DNA of 27,715 nt, taken from assembly GCA_964564355.1 (NCBI GenBank), contig CAZMDE010000004.1, forward strand, positions 1-27,715, written 5' to 3'. Positions 1-7,325 of this stretch are shown one piece after another (position 1 is the first letter of the stretch; each line of letters starts with the position of its first letter). This DNA is from an uncultured Bacteroidales bacterium. GTDB taxonomy: Bacteria > Bacteroidota > Bacteroidia > Bacteroidales > JAGODS01. The translations under genes were made by a program, and so were the position numbers. The notes under the pieces are model-generated. The model had not been told where the DNA came from, searched no databases, and saw only the letters and a program-made list of their open reading frames with translations.

Positions 1-220
1 TATGTTGAGGAAAAAGCAAATGCAATAGCATTTTTAATTGTACCACAAAGTTTTTTAATATATTGCGAATAGCATGCAAATCTTCAGTTTTTGTTGGAAA
101 GCAGAATGATTAACATATATGAATTTATTAATATAAAAAGTGTTAAAATTAATTATGATTTGCTTTATTTATTATACACTCTAACCATCAATTAAAAAAA
201 AGTCTAATTTTACACTTTGA

Positions 221-271
221 TAATTTGGCAAATTGGTAATTTAGCAATTTACTGAATACTGATAACTGACA
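221..271 (+). repeat. Composite octamer + heptamer tandem tract upstream of uppS
   Basis: taatttgg-caaattgg-taatttag-caattt (221-250) followed by actgaat-actgata-actgaca (251-271). Confidence 0.6.
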
Positions 272-278
272 ATGTTTT

Positions 279-1052
279 ATGAGTTTTAAGGATAAAATAG
301 ATTTGAACAGATTGCCTCAGCATGTAGCAATAATAATGGATGGCAATGGAAGGTGGGCAAAACAAAGAGGTTTTGAAAGAATTTTGGGGCATGAGCATGC
401 TGTTTTACCAGTAAGGGAGACAACAGAAGCAGCAGCAGAGCTTGGAATAAAGTACCTGACTTTATATGCATTTTCTACAGAAAACTGGAAACGCCCGATT
501 GATGAGGTAAATGCTTTAATGAATTTATTAGTAAAAACTATAAATAAAGAGACTGAAACACTAAATAAAAATAACATACGTTTACTTGCAATTGGAAATT
601 TAAAAAGCCTGCCAGAAGATTCTTATTCAGAATTAATGGAAGCTATAAATGAAACTTCAAAAAATACAAGAATGTCTTTAGTTTTGGCATTAAGCTATGG
701 AGCTCGTTGGGAAATAGTAGATGCCGTAAAACAATTGATACTTGATAATTATACAGAATTGAGAATTGAGAATGGAGAATTGAGAATTAAAAATGAAGAA
801 ATAACAGAGGAGCTGTTTAGTCAATATCTTACAACAAAAGGGATTCCGGATCCGGAGCTAATGATAAGAACAAGCAGTGAATACAGAATAAGCAATTTTT
901 TATTGTGGCAATTAGCATATTCCGAATTATATTTTAGTTCAAAATTATGGCCTGATTTCACAAAAGAGGATTTCTATGAAGCATTATTGAATTATCAAAA
1001 TCGAGAGAGAAGGTTTGGTTTAACAAGTGAACAAATTAGTCCAAAGTCGTAA
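279..1052 (+). CDS. uppS: Isoprenyl transferase (undecaprenyl diphosphate synthase, cis-prenyltransferase)
   Basis: HVAIIMDGNGRWA, YAFSTENWKRP, RTS(S)EYRISNFLLWQ and C-terminal RRFG motifs; lies directly upstream of bamA, as is usual. Confidence 0.96.
   Translation: MSFKDKIDLNRLPQHVAIIMDGNGRWAKQRGFERILGHEHAVLPVRETTEAAAELGIKYLTLYAFSTENWKRPIDEVNALMNLLVKTINKETETLNKNNIRLLAIGNLKSLPEDSYSELMEAINETSKNTRMSLVLALSYGARWEIVDAVKQLILDNYTELRIENGELRIKNEEITEELFSQYLTTKGIPDPELMIRTSSEYRISNFLLWQLAYSELYFSSKLWPDFTKEDFYEALLNYQNRERRFGLTSEQISPKS
733..803 (+). repeat. In-frame heptamer tract inside uppS
   Basis: aattgat-acttgat-aattata (733-753), then agaattg-agaattg-agaatgg-agaattg-agaatta-aaaatga-agaaata (755-803); encodes QLILDNYTELRIENGELRIKNEEI. 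Confidence 0.9.
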
Positions 1053-1064
1053 GTAAACAGTTTT

Positions 1065-3656
1065 ATGAAAATTAAATATAAAAATTTACTAATTCTTTTT
1101 TTGCTTTCCATAGTATACTGTTTCCTGATTATATCGGGATTCACTGTTTTAAAAGCCCAGGTAATATTAGATGCAGAACAAATTAATATTGATTACAGTA
1201 ATCCAAGAACATATGAAATAGGGGGTATTACCATATCCGGAACGCAATACCTGGACAATAATATTCTTATAACCTTATCAGGATTAACGGTTGGAGACAA
1301 AATTGAGGTGCCGGGAGATAAGATAACAAAAGCCATTCAAAACTTATGGAAACAGGGATTGTTTGAGAATATAAAAATATCTGTTTCAAAAATTAACGGT
1401 GGGGTAATTTTTCTTAATATTTATTTAGAAGAAAAACCCCGTTTATCCAAATTCACATTTACAGGTTTAAGAAAGTCAGAAGCTAACAGCTTAAAGGATA
1501 AAACAAAACTTACGAAGGGGGATGTTGTAACTGAAAATCTTATAATGAGAACTTCAAATCTTATTAAAAATCATTTTACGGATAAAGGTTACATGAATAC
1601 TAATGTAAACATTATTCAGAAGCGTGACACATCGGTTACCAATAATGTTATTCTGATTATTAATGTAAATAAAGGGAAAAAAGGAAAGATTGGTAAAATC
1701 ACTTTTATTGGTAATAAAATACTATCAGAAGCAAAGCTTAAGAGGTTAATGAAAAAAACCAAGGAACATAAGTTTTTCAGAATATTTACAGCATCAAAAT
1801 TTATTGAATCAGAATACAAGGCAGATAAGCAAAAAATTATTGAAAAATATAATGAGATTGGTTTCAGGGATGCAAGAATAGTAAATGACTCGGTGTATAA
1901 AGAAAAGTTCGGAGTTCGGAGTTCGGAGTTCGGAGTTAGTAATAAAAATAAGGATGAACAACCGGGGAAATATATAAATATAGATATAAAGGTTGATGAG
2001 GGTAATAAATATTATTTCAGAAATATAACCTGGGTTGGAAACTCAAAATATACATCAGAAGAATTAAGCAGGGTATTGAAGATAAATAAAGGAGAGATTT
2101 ACAATCAGAAGAGATTAGATGCAAATTTATATATGAACTTAGAAGGTCAGGATGTAAGCTCTTTATATCTTGATGATGGCTATTTGTTTTTCAATGTAAC
2201 TCCAGTCGAAAAGCAAGTAGAAAATGATTCAATTGATATAGAATTCAGGATATATGAAGGCAAACAGGCAAGGATAAATAAAGTATATATTTCGGGAAAT
2301 ACAAAGACCAATGACCATGTAATTCTAAGAGAAATCAGAACAAGACCCGGTCAGTTATTTAACAGGTCAGATATCATAAGAAGCCAGAGAGAGCTAGCAC
2401 AACTAAAATATTTTAATGCAGAAAAAATCCAGATAAATCCAAAACCTAATCCACAGAATGGAACGGTAGACATAGAATATGTAGTAGAAGAAACATCATC
2501 AGACCAATTAGAACTATCAGGCGGCTGGGGAGGAGCAGCAACAGGACTTGTAGGAACATTAGGGGTTTCATTCAATAATTTTTCTCTAAGAAAAATTGCT
2601 AGAAGAGATGCCTGGCGACCGCTTCCTTCAGGAGATGGACAAAAATTAAGCCTGAGAGTACAAGCTAACGGGAGGCAATACCAATCATATAATGCATCAT
2701 TTACAGAACCCTGGCTAGGAGGGAAAAAACCTAATTCATTAAGTGTTTCTTTTTATAATTCAATACAAACAAATGGTTTAGCCAAGGGCGAAGCATCCAG
2801 ACAAGCTATAAATATTTACGGAGCATCAGTAGGCTTAGGAAAAAGGATTACCTGGCCTGATGATTTTTTCACACTTTACCAGGAAGTTGGTTATCAGAAT
2901 TACAAACTTGAAAATTACTTATCAACGTTTTTATTTGCTGATGGAACTTCGAATAATATATTTTATAATATTACCCTGGCAAGAAATTCTTTTGATGCGC
3001 CAATTTTTCCGAGAACAGGTTCATCAATTTCATTATCTTTAAAAGTCACACCTCCTTTTTCGTTGTTTACAGATAAAGACTATTCAGCATTATCTGCACA
3101 AGATAAATATAAATTGATAGAATATCATAAATGGAATTTTAATACTTCGTGGTTTACAAAATTAGCCGGCAATTTAGTGTTAAACACAAGGTTAAGATAT
3201 GGCTTTATGGGAGACTTTAATAGAGGAATCGGGATTTCACCATTTGAGAGATATTATGTAGGAGGTAGCGGGTTGTCCGGATTTTCACTAGATGGCAGAG
3301 AAATAATAGCAATGAGAGGTTATGCAGATTATTCATTAACACCCAGAAACAATTCCGGATATATAGGCGGTTCGATATTTAACAAATATACTATTGAATT
3401 AAGATACCCATTATCATTAAACCCGATGGCAACTATTTATTTATTAGGATTTGCAGAAGCAGGAAATGCGTGGACAAAATTTAAGGAATTTAATGCTTTT
3501 GATGTAAAAAGGTCAGCAGGTTTTGGAATCAGGGTTTTTTTACCAATGTTTGGATTACTCGGGCTTGATTGGGGTTATGGGTTTGATGAAATTCCCGGAA
3601 ATCCCGGAAATAACAAGGGACAGTTCCATTTTTCAATCGGGCAATCAATAGAATAA
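1065..3656 (+). CDS. bamA: Outer membrane protein assembly factor BamA
   Basis: Signal peptide, five POTRA-like segments, barrel start SSDQLELSGGWGG, MRGY loop motif, C-terminal FHFSIGQSI; uppS-bamA-skp order. Confidence 0.96.
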   Translation: MKIKYKNLLILFLLSIVYCFLIISGFTVLKAQVILDAEQINIDYSNPRTYEIGGITISGTQYLDNNILITLSGLTVGDKIEVPGDKITKAIQNLWKQGLFENIKISVSKINGGVIFLNIYLEEKPRLSKFTFTGLRKSEANSLKDKTKLTKGDVVTENLIMRTSNLIKNHFTDKGYMNTNVNIIQKRDTSVTNNVILIINVNKGKKGKIGKITFIGNKILSEAKLKRLMKKTKEHKFFRIFTASKFIESEYKADKQKIIEKYNEIGFRDARIVNDSVYKEKFGVRSSEFGVSNKNKDEQPGKYINIDIKVDEGNKYYFRNITWVGNSKYTSEELSRVLKINKGEIYNQKRLDANLYMNLEGQDVSSLYLDDGYLFFNVTPVEKQVENDSIDIEFRIYEGKQARINKVYISGNTKTNDHVILREIRTRPGQLFNRSDIIRSQRELAQLKYFNAEKIQINPKPNPQNGTVDIEYVVEETSSDQLELSGGWGGAATGLVGTLGVSFNNFSLRKIARRDAWRPLPSGDGQKLSLRVQANGRQYQSYNASFTEPWLGGKKPNSLSVSFYNSIQTNGLAKGEASRQAINIYGASVGLGKRITWPDDFFTLYQEVGYQNYKLENYLSTFLFADGTSNNIFYNITLARNSFDAPIFPRTGSSISLSLKVTPPFSLFTDKDYSALSAQDKYKLIEYHKWNFNTSWFTKLAGNLVLNTRLRYGFMGDFNRGIGISPFERYYVGGSGLSGFSLDGREIIAMRGYADYSLTPRNNSGYIGGSIFNKYTIELRYPLSLNPMATIYLLGFAEAGNAWTKFKEFNAFDVKRSAGFGIRVFLPMFGLLGLDWGYGFDEIPGNPGNNKGQFHFSIGQSIE
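1906..1937 (+). repeat. In-frame (AGTTCGG)4.5 tract inside bamA
   Basis: Four perfect AGTTCGG copies plus AGTT; encodes KFGVRSSEFGV. Confidence 0.95.
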
Positions 3657-3688
3657 TTAGGAATTAGGAATTAATAATTAGTAATTAG
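3654..3688 (+). repeat. Heptamer tract (KAATTAG)5 starting at the bamA stop codon
   Basis: taattag-gaattag-gaattaa-taattag-taattag; resumes as taattag-gaat at 3861. Confidence 0.85.
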
Positions 3689-3860
3689 TGCCTGTCCATA
3701 AAGTCATAAATAAAAAAAGTAACACAGAGATACACAGAGAAGACACAGAGTTTATTCACAATATTAATCTAATATTAAAGAGTTCATGAGATAAATGTTC
3801 ACAGAGAAGAAAAAATAAATGTTTCACATTTGGAAAATGTGAAACATTATGGACAGATAC
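3688..3860. mobile_element. 173-bp MITE-like / IS-remnant element
   Basis: Terminal inverted repeats gtgcctgtccataa (3688-3701) and ttatggacagatac (3847-3860) match at 12/14; taatta direct repeat on both sides (3682-3687, 3861-3866); no ORF; internal ACACAGAG x3 and a 14-bp hairpin at 3818-3848. Confidence 0.65.
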
Positions 3861-3902
3861 TAATTAGGAATAAATTTTAAATAACATTTAACTTATCAGA
3901 TT

Positions 3903-4454
3903 ATGAAAAAAGGAGTTTTTAGTTTAATATTTGTTTTAATGTTAAGCGGTTTTGCCAATGCACAGAAGTTTGCATTTGTAGATACAAAGTATATTCTTGA
4001 TAACATTCCGGAATATAAAGCTGCCCAGGAACAGCTTGATGAGTTATCCCTGCAATGGCAAAAAGAAATTGAAGTAAAGTTTGCAGAGATAGATAAAATG
4101 TATAAAGATTATCAGGCAGAAGCTGTGCTTCTACCTGAAGATATGAAAAAGAAAAAAGAAAACCAAATAGTAAGCAAGGAAAAAGAAGCCAAGGACTTAC
4201 AAAAGAAAAGGTTTGGCAATGACGGCGATTTGTTTAAAAAACGAGAAGCTTTAGTAAAACCAATTCAGGATAAAGTATATAATGCAATAGAAACAATTGC
4301 TACAACAGGAAATTATGGTATTGTCTTTGATCAGGCAGGAAGTCTAACCATTTTATATGGAGATTCGAAGCTTGATAAAAGTGATGATGTTTTAGAAAAA
4401 TTAGGAGTTACTCCAGGTAAAGAAAAGAAAGAAAAAGGAAAGTCCAAAAAATAG
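3903..4454 (+). CDS. skp: OmpH/Skp family periplasmic chaperone
   Basis: Signal peptide ending ANA-QK, FAFVDTKYIL start, coiled-coil core, YGIVFD segment; follows bamA. Confidence 0.92.
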   Translation: MKKGVFSLIFVLMLSGFANAQKFAFVDTKYILDNIPEYKAAQEQLDELSLQWQKEIEVKFAEIDKMYKDYQAEAVLLPEDMKKKKENQIVSKEKEAKDLQKKRFGNDGDLFKKREALVKPIQDKVYNAIETIATTGNYGIVFDQAGSLTILYGDSKLDKSDDVLEKLGVTPGKEKKEKGKSKK

Positions 4455-4524
4455 ATTTGTCAGATTTATCAGATTGTCAGATTTATCAGATTTTATATCT
4501 GTTAATCTTATAATCTTCTAATCC
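4453..4524. repeat. Degenerate palindromic element: (AGATT..)n followed by (..AATCT)n, period 8-9 nt
   Basis: agatttgtc-agatttatc-agattgtc-agatttatc-agattt, core hairpin cagat-tttat-atctg (4487-4501), then taatctta-taatcttc-taatcc. Confidence 0.8.
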
Positions 4525-4531
4525 AATTATT

Positions 4532-5488
4532 ATGGAGTACCTCATAAAAGCAGTAGATATTACCAAGCGATATATAAACCATACTGCTCTTAATAATGTA
4601 AGCATTTCCGTTCCGGAACAAAGTATCTATGGATTGCTTGGACCCAATGGAGCAGGGAAAACAACTCTTATCAGATTAATAAATCTAATAAATGCACCAG
4701 ATGAGGGTGAAATATATTTTGGTGGTGAAAAGTTATCAAATAAACATACTGCTTATATTGGTTATCTGCCTGAAGAAAGAGGTTTATATAAGAAAATGAA
4801 AGTCGGAGAACAGGCTTTGTACCTAGCACAATTAAAGGGCTTAAGCAGACATGATTCTTTAATAAAACTGAAATATTGGTTTGAGCGTTTTGAAATCCAG
4901 GATTGGTGGAACAGAAAAGTAGAAGAACTTTCAAAAGGTATGCAGCAGAAAGTTCAGTTTATGGTAACAGTTTTACATAGTCCCAAACTATTAATATTTG
5001 ATGAACCTTTTAGTGGCTTTGACCCAATAAATGTAAACATACTTAAGGATGAAATATTAAATTTCAGAAAAAACGGAGCCACTATCATTTTTTCTACTCA
5101 TAATATGGCTTCTGTTGAAGAGCTATGTGACCACATAACTCTTATTAATAAATCAAAAAAAATACTTGAGGGGGAAGTTAAGCAAATAAAAAAAGCCAAT
5201 AAGACTGATTTGTATGATGTAGAATTTGAAAAACCAGATACTATAGAAGCAGGAATAGAAAGTTTATTACCGGCAGGTTATACATTAATAAACCAGGTTA
5301 ATGAAGACGGATTAGTCAGAGCTAAGGTTCGGATTCCAACTAATTCATCACCAAACAAGCTGCTTGAAATGCTGTTTCCATATGTAACTATACATTCTTT
5401 TAAAGAGATTATGCCAACAATGAATGACATTTTTATTTCAATGATTGAAGCAGACATAAAAGCAATTAACAAAGAACAATTAATTTAG
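4532..5488 (+). CDS. ABC-2 type transporter ATP-binding subunit (NatA/YhaQ-like)
   Basis: Walker A GPNGAGKTT, signature LSKGMQQ, Walker B LLIFDEP, STH switch, C-terminal accessory domain. Confidence 0.93.
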   Translation: MEYLIKAVDITKRYINHTALNNVSISVPEQSIYGLLGPNGAGKTTLIRLINLINAPDEGEIYFGGEKLSNKHTAYIGYLPEERGLYKKMKVGEQALYLAQLKGLSRHDSLIKLKYWFERFEIQDWWNRKVEELSKGMQQKVQFMVTVLHSPKLLIFDEPFSGFDPINVNILKDEILNFRKNGATIIFSTHNMASVEELCDHITLINKSKKILEGEVKQIKKANKTDLYDVEFEKPDTIEAGIESLLPAGYTLINQVNEDGLVRAKVRIPTNSSPNKLLEMLFPYVTIHSFKEIMPTMNDIFISMIEADIKAINKEQLI

Positions 5489-5495
5489 AACAGTG
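5461..5495 (+). repeat. Degenerate heptamer tract across the ATPase stop / permease start
   Basis: agcaatt-aacaaag-aacaatt-aatttag-aacagtg. Confidence 0.45.
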
Positions 5496-6857
5496 AGTAG
5501 TAAAATATTAATAATAATAAAAAGAGAATATCTGACAAGGGTTAGGAAAAAATCATTCATTGTAATGACTATTCTAGGACCAATACTGATGGCTGCAATA
5601 ATAATATTACCAGTTTATTTAGCCCAGATGTCAGATGAAGTCAAGACAATTGCAGTAGTTGATGATACAGGTTTGTTTTATAAAAGATTTCCAGATTCCG
5701 ATAATTTAAAATTTATTTATCTTAATACGAAGATTAATGCTTCAAAGGAAAATTTTGTAAAAAGCAGTTTTTATGCATTATTATACATTCCAATAGATTC
5801 AAATAATGCTGTTGTACCGACTAACTTCATGCTTTATTCAAGTAAACAGCCAAGCATGATAATAAAAGCTTATCTTGAGAATATTCTTAAGAAAGACATA
5901 GAAAGCCTAAAGCTTGCTAAGTCAGGCATTGATGAAACTGTTATTGCATCTATCAATACTAATGTTAACATTACTACTATAAAAATCAAAAGCACCGGTT
6001 CAGAAGAAAGGAGCTATTCAGAAGTTAGCAGTATTCTTGGGCTTTTTGCAGGCTTACTCATCTACTTTTTTATTTTTATGTACGGGGCACTTGTATTAAG
6101 GGGAGTTATTGAAGAGAAAACTAACAGAATAATTGAAGTAATAATTTCTTCAGTAAAACCATTTCAGTTAATGATGGGGAAGATTTTGGGAATAGCAACT
6201 GTCGGTCTAACACAATTTCTTTTATGGGTTATTCTTACTTTTGGACTTGTATTCACTGTTCAAAAATCCTTACCAAGTATTTTTAAAAATAACAAAACAA
6301 TAAATAGCAATCAATTGTCAATGCCAAGTTATCAGTCAAATGAAAACAGCAAATTAGCAACTGAGAGTTCAAAACAAACAAAAGATGATAAAAGCGATGA
6401 AATAAAATCAGTTTTTGAAGCGATTAATTCTATCAATTTTCCAATAATGATATTTTCATTTTTATTTTATTTTATTGGCGGATATTTGCTTTATGCTGCA
6501 TTGTTTGCAGCAGTGGGAGCGGCAGTAGATAATGAGGCAGATACACAGCAATTTATGCTACCTATAACAATCCCTTTGTTATTTTCAGTAATAATGATAC
6601 AATTTATCGTAAATAATCCTGAAGGTCCTATAGCCTTCTGGCTTTCATTAATACCCTTTACATCTCCGGTAATAATGATGGTTCGCATACCATTTGGGGT
6701 ACCCTACTGGGAGCTTGCTCTTTCAATAACGTTGTTGATATTTACTTTTATAGGAACAACCTGGATGGCTGCAAAGATATACCGTACGGGGATATTAATG
6801 TACGGTAAAAAGGTTAATTATAAAGAATTATGGAAATGGCTAAGATATAGTGATTAG
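5493..6857 (+). CDS. ABC-2 type transporter permease (NatB/YhaP-like)
   Basis: GTG start; IIKREYLTRVRKKSF, EEKTNRIIEVIISSV and multiple hydrophobic helices; 4 bp downstream of the ATPase. Confidence 0.92.
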   Translation: MSSKILIIIKREYLTRVRKKSFIVMTILGPILMAAIIILPVYLAQMSDEVKTIAVVDDTGLFYKRFPDSDNLKFIYLNTKINASKENFVKSSFYALLYIPIDSNNAVVPTNFMLYSSKQPSMIIKAYLENILKKDIESLKLAKSGIDETVIASINTNVNITTIKIKSTGSEERSYSEVSSILGLFAGLLIYFFIFMYGALVLRGVIEEKTNRIIEVIISSVKPFQLMMGKILGIATVGLTQFLLWVILTFGLVFTVQKSLPSIFKNNKTINSNQLSMPSYQSNENSKLATESSKQTKDDKSDEIKSVFEAINSINFPIMIFSFLFYFIGGYLLYAALFAAVGAAVDNEADTQQFMLPITIPLLFSVIMIQFIVNNPEGPIAFWLSLIPFTSPVIMMVRIPFGVPYWELALSITLLIFTFIGTTWMAAKIYRTGILMYGKKVNYKELWKWLRYSD

Positions 6858-6938
6858 CAGATTATAGGATTCCAATATTATCAGATTAAATCTAATAATC
6901 TAACTTGAGAATCTTAGAATCTGCCAATCAGATAATCT
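6851..6938. repeat. Second degenerate palindromic (GATT..)n / (..AATC)n element
   Basis: tgattagc-agattata-ggatt...tcagatt, then aaatct-taatct-agaatctt-agaatctg-ccaatcag-ataatct; fills the gap between convergent genes. Confidence 0.7.
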
Positions 6939-6939
6939 A

Positions 6940-7236
6940 TTATTCACTGCATTTGTTAATACATTCAATCAAATGGTTTAGATTTCCCTGGTTAATGGAA
7001 TAATAAATTTCCTTACCTTCTCTTTTGGAATCTAAAATGCCATTGATTCTAAGTAAACTCAAATGATGTGAGGCAGCTGCCTGTTCAATCTTTAACTTTG
7101 TGTAAATCTGAGTAACATTCATTTTAGGTTTCTCAGTTAACATTGCAAGAACAGCAATCCTCATAGGATGTGCAATTGATCTTAATTTTTTAGCTGCTTT
7201 TCCAAGCTTCTTTTCATCTAAAACCTGCTTAGTCAT
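6940..7236 (-). CDS. ArsR/SmtB family transcriptional regulator
   Basis: AHPMRIAVL, SHHLSLL, REGKEIYYSI winged-HTH motifs; C-terminal CxxxC. Confidence 0.92.
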   Translation of the reverse strand: MTKQVLDEKKLGKAAKKLRSIAHPMRIAVLAMLTEKPKMNVTQIYTKLKIEQAAASHHLSLLRINGILDSKREGKEIYYSINQGNLNHLIECINKCSE

Positions 7237-7264
7237 AATTATTAAGTTTTAATTAAATAGGATA

Positions 7265-7272
7265 CAAAGATA
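7265..7272 (-). promoter_or_regulatory. Bacteroidota -7 promoter motif TATCTTTG for the ArsR gene
   Basis: Exact TAnnTTTG match 28 nt upstream of the start codon. Confidence 0.65.
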
Positions 7273-7325
7273 TATGATAATTATGATATTATACTAATTA
7301 TTTATATAAATAATGTTAAAAGATA

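Noticed and set aside
1-31. Possible minus-strand gene start (MLLHLLFPQH...) running off the window
   Set aside because: A-rich start context, but only 10 codons are visible and there is no exact promoter motif.
6288-6366. Heptamer tract in the ABC permease linker
   Set aside because: CAAT/CAGT recur at period 7 (6312-6336), but the match is weak and the region is low-complexity and naturally variable.
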